64,000 bases of DNA from the human T2T-CHM13v2.0 reference genome, Homo sapiens, in NCBI RefSeq assembly GCF_009914755.1, contig NC_060926.1; one strand, 5' to 3'. Under the pieces are notes generated by a model. It had not been told where the DNA came from. It ran no database searches and was given only the letters and a program-made list of their open reading frames with translations. The first letter of the stretch is position 1. The number at the start of each line of letters is the position of its first letter. Shown here in pieces: positions 15,001 to 30,445 of the stretch. Both the position numbers and the translations under genes were made by a program.

Positions 15001-18000
15001 GATTCCGTTCGCTTCCATTCGATGATGATTCCATTTGATTTCATTAGATGATTACATTCGGTTCATTTTGATGATGTTTCCATTTTCTTCGATTCAATGA
15101 TTCCTTTCAATTCCATTCGATGATGACTCTATGCATTCCATTGGATGATGATTCCGTTCGATTCCATTCGATGATTCCATTCGAGTCCATTCAATGACTC
15201 AATTCAATTCCGTTTGTTGATGATTCCATTCGAGTCCATTTGATGTTTCCATTCAATTCCATTTGATGATGATTCCATTCAATACCAACTGATGATTCCA
15301 TTCAATTTCATTCGATGATGGTTACATTTGATTCCATTCGATGATTCTATTCAATTCCATCTGTTGATGATTCCATTCAAGTTTATTCGATGATTCCATT
15401 TGATTCCATTCGATGATATTCCATTCTAATCCACTCAACGATTCCATTAGATGATTCCATTCAAGTCCATTCAATGATTCCATTCGAGTACATTCAATGA
15501 TTCCATTCTATTCCATTCCATGATGATTCCATCTGAGTCCATTTGATGATAATTGCATTCGATTCTATTCAATGATTCTGTTCGATTCCATTTGATGATG
15601 TTTCTATTAGAGTCCATAGGATGATTCCATTCGATTCCATTCAATTATAATTACATTCGTGTTCATTCGAAGATGCTATTCGATTCCATTCTGTGATGAT
15701 TCCATTCGTGTCTATTCAATGATTCTCTTTGATTCCACTTGATGACTCCGTTCGATTCCGTTCGATAATTCCATTCTGTTACATTCGATGATTATTCCAT
15801 TCGATTCCATTCGAAGATGATTCCATTCGATTCCATTCAATGATGTTTCCATTCTATTCCATTCGATGAGGACTCCGTTAGTTTCCATTCGTTGATGATA
15901 CCATTCCATTCCTTTTGATGATTCCATTTGATTCCATTAATTGATGATTCCATTCGATTTCATTCGATGATGATTCCATTTAATTCCATTCGATGATGAT
16001 TCCATTCCATTCCATTCGATGATGAGTCCATTCGATTCAATCCCGTGATGATTCCATTTCATTCAATTCGATGATATTTCCATTCGAGTCCATTCAATGA
16101 TTCCATTCGATTACATTCCAAGATGATTCTATTCCAGTCCATTCGATGATTCCATTCGATTCCATTTGATGATTCCATTTGTGTCCATTTGATGATTCCA
16201 TTCAAGTGCATTCGATGATGATTCCATTCGATTCCATTCGATTATGATTCCATTCGAGAATATTCGATGATTCCATTCGATTATATTCAATAATGATTCC
16301 ATTCGTGTCCATTTTATAATTCCATTTGATTCCATTTGATGATTCCATTCGAGTCCATTTGATGATTCCATTTGAATGTATTTGATGATTCCATTCTATT
16401 CCATTTGATGATGATTCCTTTCCAGTTTATTTGATGATGATTCCATTTGATTCCATTTGATGATTCCATTGGATTTCATTCTATGATTCACTTTGATTCC
16501 TTTTGATGATGATTCCATTTTATTCAATTCGATGATGATTCCATTTGATTCCTTACAATGATGAGTCCTTTCGATTCCATTTGATGATAAACCCACTCAA
16601 TTCCATTGATGACGATTGCATTCAAGTCCATTCGATGATTCCATTGAAGTCCATTTGATGATGATTCCATTTGATTCCATTCGATGATGATTCCGTTCGA
16701 TTCCATTTGATGTTGACTCCATTTGTTTCAATTCTATGATGACTCCTTTAGGTTCCATTTGATGATGATTCCATTCGGTTCCATCTGATGATTCCATTAG
16801 ATTCCATTAGATGATTCCATTCTATTACATTCGTTGATGTTTCCATTCATTTCCATTCGGTGATGATTCCATTTGATGATGATTCCATTCAATTCCCTTT
16901 GGTGATGATTCAATTTGATTTCATTCCATGATTCTATGTGATTCCATTCAGTGATGATTCCATTCTATTCCATTCGATGAGTCCATTTGATTCCATTTGA
17001 TGATGATTCACTTCTATTCCTTTCAGTGATTCCTTTCAATTCCATTCGATGATTCCATTCAAGTCTATTCGATAATTCCATTTGATTCTATTCAATGATG
17101 ATTCCATTCGAGTGCATTCAGTGATGATTCCATTCGATTGCATTTGATGATTCACTTCGATTCCTTTTGATGTTGATTCCATTCAATTCCATTCTATGAT
17201 TCCTTTTGATTCTATTCGATGATGATTCCATTCGATTCCATTCGAAGATAATTCCATTCTATTCCTTTCCTTGATGATTCCATTCGTTTCCATTCGATGA
17301 CGATTCCATTTGATTCCATTTGATGATATTTCCATTCGATTCAATTCGATGATGATTCCATCAGAGTCCATTCAATGATTCCAATAGATCTATTTAATGA
17401 TTTCATTCCATTCCATTCTTTGATTCCATGCGATTACATTGGATGATGATTCCTTTCAGATCCATTCAATGATTCCATGTGATTTCATTCGATGAAGACT
17501 ATATTCGATTCAATTAGATGATTCCGTCTGATTCCATTCGATTATGATTGCATTCGATTCCATTCGGTGATTCCATTGGATTACATTCGATGATGATTCC
17601 ATTCCATTCCATTTGATGATTCCATTCGACGATGATTCCATTCGATTCCTTTCAGTGACTACTTTCGATTTCATTCGATGATGTTTCTATTTGAGTGCAT
17701 TCGGTGATTCCATTCAATTCCATTCATTGATGATTCCATTCGAGTCCACTCGAAGATTCCTTTCGATTCCATTTGATGGTGATTCCATTCGAGTCCATTA
17801 AATGATTCCATTCGATTCCATTCAATGATTCCATTAGATAACATTGGATGATTCCCTTTGATTCAATTCGATGATCATTCCATTCCATTCCATTCGATGA
17901 TGATTCCATTTGGTTCCATTCGATGATGATTACATTAGTTTCCATTTGATGATGATTCCAATCAGTTCCATTGGTTGATGATACCATTAAATTCCATTCG

Positions 18001-21000
18001 ATGATTCCATTCGATTCCATTCGATGATGATTCCATTCGATTCCATTCGATGAGGACTCCATTAGTTTCCATTAGAAGATGATTCCACTCCATTCCGTTT
18101 GATGATTCCATTCGATTCCATTCATTGATTATTCCATTCGATTCCATTCGATGACGATTCCATTCGGTTCCATTCGATGATGATTCAATTTGATTCCATT
18201 CTATGATGATTCCGTTTGATTCCATTCGATGATGAGACCATTCGATTCCATCCTATGATAATTCCTTTTCATTAAATTTGATAATATTTCCATTTGAGTC
18301 CATTCTATGATTCCATTCAATTAAATTCCATTCGAGTCCATTCGATGATTCTATTGGATTCCATTCGATGATTCCATTAGAGTCCATTCGATGATGATTC
18401 CATTCGATTCCATTTGATTCCATTTGATGATGATTCCTTTTGAGTGCATTTGATGATTCCACTCGATTCCATTTGATGATGATTTCATTCGTGTCCATTC
18501 GATGATTCCATTCAATTCCATTCGATGATGACTCCATTAGATTCAATTTGATGATGATTCCATTCGGTTCCACCGCTTGATGATACCGTTAATTTCCATT
18601 CGATGATTCCATTCAATTCCATTCATTGATGATTCCCTTTGATTCCATTCAATGATGATTCCATTTGATTCCATTGGATGATGATTCCGTTCGATTCCAT
18701 TTGATGATGATTCCACTCAATTCCATTCGATGATGTTTCCAATCGATTTCATTCGATGATTATATTTGGTTCCATTTGATGATTTTTCCATTCTCTTCCA
18801 TTTGATGATTCCATTCAATTCCATTCGATGATGATTCCATGCATTCCATTGAATGATGATTCCATTCGAGTCCATTCAATGATTCAATTCAATTCCATTT
18901 GTTGATGATTCCATTCGAGTCCATTCGATGTTTCCATTAGATTCCATTTGAAGTTGATTCAGTTCGATGCCATTCGATGTTTCCATTCGATTCCATTTGA
19001 AGTTGATTCCATTCGATGCCATTTGATGATTCCATTCGATTTCATTCAGTGATGATTACATTCAATTCCATTTGATGATTCCATTCAATTCAATTTGATG
19101 ATGATTCCATTCAAGAGTATTTGATGATTCCATTCGATTCCATTCGATGATGATTCCATTCCATTCCATTAGATGATTCCATTTGATGATTCCATTCAAG
19201 TCCATTCGATGATTCCATTCGAGTACATACGATGATTCCATTCTATTCCATTCCATGATGATTCCATTTGAGTCCATTCGATGATGATTCCATTCAATTC
19301 TATTCGATGATTCCATTCGATTCCATTTGATAATGTTTCTATTTGAGTCCATTGGATGATTCCATTTGAATCCATTCAATTATAATTACATTCGAGTTCA
19401 CTCGAAGATTACATTCGATTCCATTCTGTGATGATTCCATTCGAGTCCATTCAATGATTCTCTTTGATTCCATTCGATGACTCCATTCAATTCCATTCGA
19501 TGATTCCCTTCAATTCCATTCGATGATCATTCCTTTAGATTCCATTTGATGTTTGCATTTGATTCCATTCGATGATGATTCCATTCCATTCCATTCGATA
19601 ATGATTCAATTCGATTCCATTTGATGATGATTCTATTTGATTGCATTCGATGATGATTCCATTCGATTCCATTCGATGATGATTCCATTCCATTCCATTC
19701 AATGGGGACTCCGTTAGGTTCCATTTGTTTATGATTCCATTCCATTCTCTTTGATGATTCCATTCGATTCCATTCGATGATGATTCCATTCCATTCCATT
19801 CGATGATGATTTCATTTGATTCCACTCTATGATGATTCCATTCCATTTGATGATGAGTCCATTCAATTCAATCCCATGATGATTCCATTTCATTCAGTTT
19901 GATGATATTTCCATTTGATTAAATTCCATTCGATTAAATTGCATGTTGATTCCATTCGAGTCCATTCAATGATTCCATTGGATTCCATTCAATGATTACA
20001 TTCGAGTGCATTCGATGATGTTTCCATTCGATTCCATTTGATGATTCCATTCAATTCCATTTGATGATGATTCCTTTTGAGTCCATTCGATGATTCCACT
20101 CGATTCCATTTGATGATGATTCCATCCGTGTCCATTTGATGATTCCATTCGATTCCATTCGATGACTCCATTCGAGTGCATTCGATGATTCCATTCGATT
20201 CCATTCGATTATGATTCCATTCGATTCCAGTCATTGATAAAATCCGGTTTCATTCCATCATAATTCTTTTTGATTCCATTCAATGATGATTCCATTCGAG
20301 TCCATTCATTATTTCCATTTGATTCCATTTGATGATGATTACATTCGAGTCCATTGGATGATTGCATTCGAGTCCATTCGATGATTCCATTTGATTCCAT
20401 TAGATGATGATTCCATTCGAGTCCATTCAATGTTTCCTTTCAATTTCATTCGATGATGACTCCATTCGTGTCCATTCGATGACTCCATTTGATGCCATTC
20501 GATGATGATTCCATTCCAGTCCATTTGATGATTCCATTTGATTCCATTCGATGATGATTCCATTCGAGTCTATTTGATGATTCCATTCGAGTCCATTCGA
20601 TGATGATTTCATTCGAGTCCATTCGATGATTCCATTCAAATCCATTTCATGATGATTCCATTCGTGTCCATTCGAAGATTCCATTCGAGTCCATTCAATG
20701 ATGATTCTACTCGATTCCATTTGATGATTCCATTTGATTTCATTCGATGATGATTCCATTTGATGCTGTTCGATGATTCCATTAGATTTCTTTCGATGAT
20801 GATTCCATTCGATTCCTTTCAATGATTCCATTCAATTCCATTCAATGATGATTCTATTCGATTCCATTAGATGATTCCATTTGATTGCATTCGATGATGA
20901 TTCCATTCACTTCCTGTCACTGATTCTATTCAATTTCATTCGATGGTTCCTCTTGATTCCATTCATGATCATTCCGTTTGAGTCCAATCGAAGTTTTCAT

Positions 21001-22123
21001 TCGATTCCATTTGATGATTATTCCTTTCGAGTCCATTCGATTATTCCATTCAAGTCCATTTAATGATTCCATTTGATTCCATTTGATGATGACTCCATCC
21101 GATGCCATTCGATGATTCCATTTGATTCAATTTGGCGATGATTCCATTCGAGTCCATTCAATGACTCCCTTCAATTCCATTTGATGATTTTCCATTCGTG
21201 TCCATTCCATGATTCCATTCGATTCCATTCGATGATGATTTCATTTGAGTCCATTTGATGATTCCATTCGATTACATTCGATGATGATTCCATTCGTGTC
21301 CATTCGATGATCCTATTGAATTCCATTACATGATTTCACTTGATTCAATTCCATGAGTCCAGTCTATTCATTTCCATGATGATTCCTTTCAATTCAATTT
21401 CATGATATTTCCATTAGAGTCCATTCAATGATTCCATTCGATTCCATTCGATGATGATTCCATTTGTGTCCATTCGCTGATTCCATTTGATTCCAATAGA
21501 TGATTTCCTTCGAGTCCATTCAATGATTCCGTTCGAATGCATTCAATGATTCCATTCTATTCCATTCGATGATGATTCCATTCAAGTCCATTCAATGATG
21601 ATTCCATTCGATTCCATTTGATTCCATTCGATGATTCATTTCAATTCCTTTTGATGATGATTCCATTCAATTCCATTCAATGATTCCATTCAATTCCATT
21701 CGATGATGATTCCGTTCAATTACTTTTGAAGATGATTCCTTTCGATTCCATTAGATGATAACTACATTCGATCCCATTGATGCCAATTGCTTTCGAGTCC
21801 ATTCGATGATTCCATTCGAGTCTATTTGATGATTCCATTCTAGTCCACTCAACTATGATTCTATTCGAATCCATTCGAGGATGATTCCATTTGTATCCAT
21901 TCGATGATTCCATTCGATTCCATTCGATGATGATTTCATTTGAGTCCATTTGATGATTCCATTCGATTACATTCAATGATGATTCCATTCAATGCCATTA
22001 GATGATGTATCTATTAGAATCCATTCGATGATGACCCCGTTAGGTTCCATTTGATGATGATTCAATTTGGTTCCATTCGATGATGATTCCATTAGATTTC
22101 ACTCCATGATTCCATTCGATTCC
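1..22123 (+). repeat. Human satellite 2 (HSATII/HSat2)-type array, diverged, CATTC (C-rich) strand on +; extends beyond the left window edge
   Basis: Continuous degenerate ~23/26-bp units ATTCCATTCG-ATTCCATTCG-(ATG)1-2, e.g. TTCCATTCGATGATGATTCCATTCGAGTCC. The (ATG)n spacers and dense TCGA are the HSat2 signature. Frequent TTCAA/TTTGA variants indicate CpG decay. Confidence 0.95.
4250..5220. repeat. ~486-bp tandem duplication within HSat2
   Basis: GTGTTTCCATTTGATTCC at 4260 and 4746; GAGTAAATTCAATATTTCC at 4523 and 5009. The offset is a constant 486 with a few substitutions. Boundaries are approximate. Confidence 0.85.
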
Positions 22124-25100
22124 CAAATGGAATCGTCATCGAATGGAATCGAGAGGAGTCATCGAATGGACTCGAAAGGAATCATCATCGAATGGAATTG
22201 AATGAAATCATCACACGGTTTCAAATAGAATCATCATTGAAAGGAATCCAATGGACTCATCATTGAATGGAATCGTGTGGATTCATCATCAAATGGAATC
22301 CTATGCAATCGTCCAATGTAATAGAATTGAATCATCATCGAATGGAATAGAATGGAATCATTGAATGAAATCGAGTGGAATCATCATTGAATGGAATCGA
22401 ATGTAATCATCAATGAATGGAATAGAATGGAATCATGGAATGGAATCCAAAGTAATCATCATCGAATTGAACACAATGGAATCATTAAATGGACTCGAAT
22501 GAAATAATCATAGAATGGAATTTAATGGAATCATTGAATGGAATTGAATGGAATCATCATCAAATGGAATCGAATGGAATCACTGAATGGACTCGAATGG
22601 AATCATCATCAAATGGAATCAAATGGAATCATCTAATGGACTTGAAAGGAATCATCATCGAATGAAATCGAATGGAATCACTTAATAGACACGAATGGAA
22701 TCATCATCAAATAGAATCGAATGGAATCATTAAATGGACTCGAATGGAATATTATCACAAGGAATCAAAAGCAATCAACGAAAGGACTCAAATGGAATTA
22801 TCAAATGGGCTCGAATGGAATCATCGAATGGACTCGAATGGAATCATCATACAATGGACTCAAATGAAAAGACTGAATGGACTCGAATGGAATCATTGTT
22901 GAATGTAATCGAATGGAATCATCAAATGGAAACAAATGGAATCATTTAATGGAATTGAAAGGAATCAGCATCGAATGAAATCGAGTGGAATCATCATCGA
23001 ATGAAATTGAATGGAATCGTCATCGAATAAAATCAAATGGAATCATCATCAGATGGAATCAATTGGAATAATCACCGAATGGAATGGAATGGAATCATCG
23101 AATGGAATCAGACGTAATCATCATCAAATGGAATCGAATAGAAGCATCAAATGAATTAGAATGGAATCATCATCGAACGGACTTGAATGGAATCATTGCC
23201 GAAGAGAATCGAATGGAATCATCATCGAATGGAATTGAATGGAAACACCATCGAATTGAATCAAATGGAACAATCATGGAATTGAGTCAAATGGCTCATC
23301 ATCGAATCGAATCGAATGGAAAAATCATCGAATGGAATTGAATGGAATCTTTGACAGGAATCAAATGGAAGCATCATCGAATGGAAACGAATGGAATCAT
23401 CATTGAATGGAATCGAATGGAAGCATCATCGAATGGAAACGAATGGAATCATCGTCAAAAGGAATCGAAGGGAAACATCAAATGGGATAGAACGGAGTCA
23501 TGGAATGTAATCGAGTGGAATCATCAAATGGATTCAAACGGAATGATCATTGAAGGTAATCGAATGGAATCATAGAATGGAATTGAATGGAATCCTCATC
23601 AAATGCAATCAAATGAAATGATTGAATGGATATGAATGGAATCATCATCGAATGGAATCGAATGGAATCAAATGGAATAGAATGGAATCATCATTGAATG
23701 GAATTGAATGGAATCATCATTAAATGGAATTGAATGGAATCATCATCGAATGGAATCTAATGGAATCATCATCTAATGTAATCAAATGGAATCATCAACG
23801 AATGGAATCAAATTGAAAAATCAAATGGAATCTATGGGGATCATCATCGAATGGAACCGAATGCAGTCGTCATCGAATGGAATCGAATGGAATCATCACC
23901 GCATGGATTGAATGGAATCATCATCAAAAGGAATCGAAGGGAATCATTGAATTGAATCGAACAGAATCATCGAACAGAATCGAATTTAATCCTCATCAAA
24001 CGGAATCAAATGGAAATATCATCGAATGGAATCAAATGGAATCATCGAATGGACTAGAATAGAATAATCGAATGAAATCAAATGGAATCATTGAATGGAA
24101 TTGAATGGAATCATCAAAAAGAGTCGAATGGAATCTTCATCAAATGAAATCGTTTGGAGTCATTGAATGGAATTGAATGGAATCATCGAATGGGCTCGAA
24201 TGGAATCATCATCGAATGGAATCGAATGGGATCATCATCAAAAGGAATCGAATGGAATCATTGAATGGACCCGAATGTAATGATGAAATGGACTTGAATA
24301 GAATCATCAAATGGAATCGAATGGAATCATTGAATGGACTCGAATGAAATCACTGAATGGACTCTAATGAAATCACTGAATGGACTCGAAAGGAATCATC
24401 ATCAAATGGAATTGAATGGAATCCTCGAATGGAATAATCAAATGGAATCGAATGGAATCATCATCTAATGGTATCAAATGGAATCATTGAATGGAATCGA
24501 AGGCAATCATCATTGAATGGAATCAAATGGAATCATCGAATGAATTCGAATGGAATCATCATCAAGTGGAATTGAGTGGAATAATAGAAGGGAATCAAAT
24601 GGAATAAATGTCAAATTGAATGGAATGGAATCAATGAATGGAATTGAATGGAATCACCAAAGAATGCAATGGAATGGAAACATCATCGAATGGAATCAAA
24701 TAGAATCATCAAATGGACTCGAATGGAATCATCAATGAATGGATTCGTGTGAAATAACCTAATGGGCATGAATAGAATCATCATCGAATGGAATCAAATG
24801 GAATCATCTAACGTACTCGAATGGAATCATCATTGAATGGAATAGAATGGAATCATCGAATGGAACTGAACAGAATCATCATTGTATGGAATTGAGTGGA
24901 ATCATCGAATGGACTCGAATGTAATCATCAGAGAATGGAATCAAATGGAATCATCAGATGGACTCGAAGTGAATGATCATCGAATGGATTCGAATGGAAT
25001 CATCGATTTGACTCGAATGGAATCATCATCAAATATAATCAAAAGCAATCATCAAATGGATTCGAATAGAATCATCGAATGGGCTGGAATTGAATCATCA

Positions 25101-27341
25101 TTGAATGAAATCAAATGGAATCATCGAATGGACTCAAATGAAATCATCATCGAATGGAATCGAATGGAATCATCGAAAGGAATCGAATGGAATCATCATC
25201 GAATGGAATGGAATGGAATCACTGATTGGACTCGAATGGAATCATGATCAAATGGAATCGAGTGGAATCATATAATGGACTCGAAAGGAATCGTCATCAA
25301 ATGAAATGGAATGGAATCATTGAATGGACACTAATGGAATCATCATCAAAGAGAATCGAATGGAATCATCTAAAGGACTTGAATGGAATATCATTGAATT
25401 GAATCAAAAGCAATGATCGAATGAACTCAAATGGAATTATCAAATGGACTCGAATGGAATCATTGAATGGACTCGAATGGAATCATCATTGAATGGACTC
25501 ATAAATGACTGAATGGTCTCGAATGGAGTCATCGATTGGGCTCAAATGGAATTATCGAATGGGCTGGAATGGAATCATCAAATGGACTCGAATGGAATCA
25601 TTATCAAATGGAATCAAATGGAATCATCGAATGGAATCGAATGGAATCATCAAATGGAATCAATCAGAATCATCATCAAATGGAACCAAATGGAATCATT
25701 AAATGGAATCGAATGCAGTCATCATCAAAAGGAATCGAATGGAATCATCATCGAATGGAATTGAATGGAATCATCGAATGGAATCAAATGGAATCATCGA
25801 ATGGAATTGAAAGGAATCAGCATTGATCAAAATCAAATGAGAGCATCATCGAATGGAATCAAATGGAATCATTGATTGGTATCATCGTCAAATGGAGTCC
25901 CATGGCATCATCAAATGGACTCGAATGGAATCTTCATAAAATAGAATTGAATGGAATCATCGAATGGAATCATCAATGAATGGTATCGAATGGTATCATC
26001 GAATGGACTCAAATGGGATCATCTTCAATTGGCATCAAAAGGAATCACCGAATGGACTCGAATGGAATAATCATCAGAACGAATCAAATGGAATCATCAT
26101 CAAATGGAATCATCGAATGGCCTCGAATGGAATCATCATTGAATGGAATCGAATGGGATCAACATCGAATGGAATCGAATGAAATCATTGAATGGAATTG
26201 TTAAGAATCATCATCGAATGGAATCAAATGAAATCATCAAATGGAATCGAATGCAGTCATCATCGAATGGAATTGAATGGAATCATCTTCAAATAGAATC
26301 GAATGGAATCATTGAATGGAATCAAATGGAATCATCATTGAATGTAATCGAATGGAATCATCGAATGGAATCAAATGGAATGATCGAATGGAATTGAATG
26401 GAATCAGCATTGAACAAAATCGAAGGGAATCATCATCAAATAGAATCAAATGGACTCATTGAATGGAATCATCAGCAAATGGAGTCCAATGGAATTATCA
26501 AACGGACTCGAATGGAATCATCATAGAATGGAATTGAATGGAATCGAATGGAATCATCATCAAATGGAATCAAATGGTATCACTGAATGCACTCGAATGG
26601 AATCATGAACGAATGGTATCAAGTGGTATCATCGAATGGACACGAATGGAATCATCTTCAAATGGCATCAAAAGGAATCACCGAATGGACTCGAATGAAA
26701 TAATCATCGAAAGGAAGCGAATGGAATCATCGAAAGGAAGCGAATGGAATCATCGAATGGAATCGAATGGAATCATCATCGAATGGAATCGAATGGAATC
26801 ATCAAATGTACACGAATGGAATCATCATCATATGGAATCGAATGGAATCATCGAATGAAACCGAAAGGAATCATGATCAAATGGAATCAAATGGCATCAT
26901 CATTGAATGGAATTGAAAGGAATCAACATCAAATGGAGTCAAATGGAATCATCATCAAATGGAATCCAAAGGAAAAATCATCGAATGCAACCGAATGGAA
27001 TCATCATCAAATGGAAACGAAAGGAGTCATCATCGAATGGAATCGCATGGAATCATCATCGAATGGAATCGAATGGAATCATCATCGAATGACTTGAATG
27101 GAATCATCGAATGGTCTTGAATGGAATAATTATCAAATGGAATCAAAAGGAATTATCGAATGGAAACAAATAGAATCTTTGAATGGACTTGAATGGAATC
27201 ATCGAATGGAACGGAATAGAATAATCAATGAACTCGAATGGAATCATCATTGAATGGAATCGAATGGAATCATCGAATGAAATCGAATGGAAACATCATC
27301 GAATGGAATCAAAAAGAATCATCATCAAATGGAATGGAATG
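22124..27341 (-). repeat. HSat2 array in opposite orientation (GAATG on +)
   Basis: Abrupt switch at ...TCCATTCGATTCC|CAAATGGAATCGTCATC... (22123/22124). Units are CGAATGGAATCATCATCGAATGG, the reverse complement of the left block. Confidence 0.95.
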
Positions 27342-28685
<1,344 letters not shown>

Positions 28686-28740
28686 ACAATCAGATCACAT
28701 GGACACAGGAAGGGGAATATCACACTCTGGGGACTGTTAT

Positions 28741-28902
28741 GGGGTGGGGGGAGGGTGGAGGGATAGCATTGGGAGATACACCTAATGCTCGATGACGAGT
28801 CAGTGGGTGCAGCACACCAGCATGGCAGATGTATACGTATGTAACTAACCTGCACAATGTGCACATGTACCCTAAAACTTAAAGTATAATAATAAAAAAA
28901 AA
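28741..28902 (+). promoter_or_regulatory. L1 3' UTR G-rich tract (28741-28762), AATAAA polyadenylation signal (28891-28896) and short A tail (28894-28902)
   Basis: GGGGTGGGGGGAGGGTGGAGGG, then ...AGTATAAT AATAAA AAAAAA directly before the satellite resumes. Confidence 0.75.
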
Positions 28903-30427
28903 CAAACGGAATCGAGTGGAATCATCATCGAATTGAATCCAAAGGAATCATCATTGAACGGAACCGTAAGGAATCATCATCAAATGGAACCAAAAGGAGT
29001 CATCATCGAATGGAATTGCATGGAATCATCATGGAATGGAATCGAATGGAATCATCATCAAATTGAATCTAATGGAATCATCGAATGGAATTGAATGGAA
29101 TCATCATCGAATGAATTGAATGGAAACATCGAGTGGTCTCCAATGGAATCATTATCACATGTAATCGAATGGAATCATGGAATACAATCGACTGTTATAA
29201 TCATCGAATGGACTCGAATGGAAACAACATCAAATGGAATGGAAAGGAATTATCGAATGGAATCGAATAGAATCATCAAATGGACTCGAAAGGAATCATT
29301 GAATGGAATGGAATGGAATAATCAATGGACTCAAATGGAAACATCATCTAATGGAATCGAATGGAATCATCGAATGGACTCGAATGGAATCATTATCAAA
29401 TGGAATCAAATGGAATCATCGAATGGACTCAAATGGAATCTTCCTCGAATGGAATGGAAAGGAATCATCGAATGGACCTGAATGGAATCATCATCGAATG
29501 GAATCGAATGGAATCATTGAATAGACACGAATGGAATGATCAACGAATGGAATCGAATGGTATCATCGAATGGACTCGAATGGAAACATCATCGAATTGA
29601 ATCAAATGGAACCACCAAATGGCATCAAAAGGCAACATAAACGAATGGAATCTAAGGGAATAATATAATGGACTCGAATGGAATCATCGAATGGACATGA
29701 GTGGAATCATCATCAAATAGAAAAGAAAGGAATCAGTGAATGGTATCTAATGGAATCATCATCGAATGGAATCGAATGGAATCATCGAATGGAATCAAAT
29801 GGAATCATCATCAAATTCAATCTAATGGAATCATCGAATTGCCTCGAAGGGAATCATCATCGAATGGAATCGAAAGGAATCATCGAATGGAATAGAATGG
29901 AATCATCATCGAGTGGAATGGAATGGAGTCATCGAATGGACTCGAATGGAATCATCATCAAATTCAATCTAATGGAATCATCGAATGGACTCAAAGGGAA
30001 TCATCGTCAAATGGAATCGAAAGGAATCATCGAATGGAATCGAATGGAATCATCATCGAATGGAATGGAATGGAATCATCGAATGGACCCGAATGGAATC
30101 ATCATCAAAAGGAATCGAATGGAATGTTCGAATGGACACGATTGAAATCATCATCGAATGCAATTGAATGGAATCATCATCGAATGGAATCGAAAGGAAA
30201 CATCATCGAATGAAATCCAATGGAATCAACAGATGAAATAGAATTGAAACATCATTAAATGGAATTGAATAGATTCATCAAATGAAATCGAATGGAATCA
30301 TCATTGAATTGAATTGAGCGGAATCATCATCCAATGGTATTGAATGCAATCATCGTCAATTGGAATCGAATTGAATCATCACCGAATGGAATCGATTGGA
30401 ATCATCATCGAATGGAATCAAATGGAA
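28903..30427 (-). repeat. HSat2 (GAATG on +) resuming after the L1
   Basis: CAAACGGAATCGAGTGGAATCATCATCG... Same unit type and orientation as upstream of the L1. Confidence 0.93.
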
Positions 30428-30445
30428 TTCCATTCGATTCCATTC
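30410..30445. other. 36-bp near-perfect palindrome at the HSat2/HSat3 head-to-head junction, centred on GAATTC
   Basis: GAATGGAATCAAATGGAA|TTCCATTCGATTCCATTC: 18-bp arms, 1 mismatch, no spacer. Confidence 0.9.
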
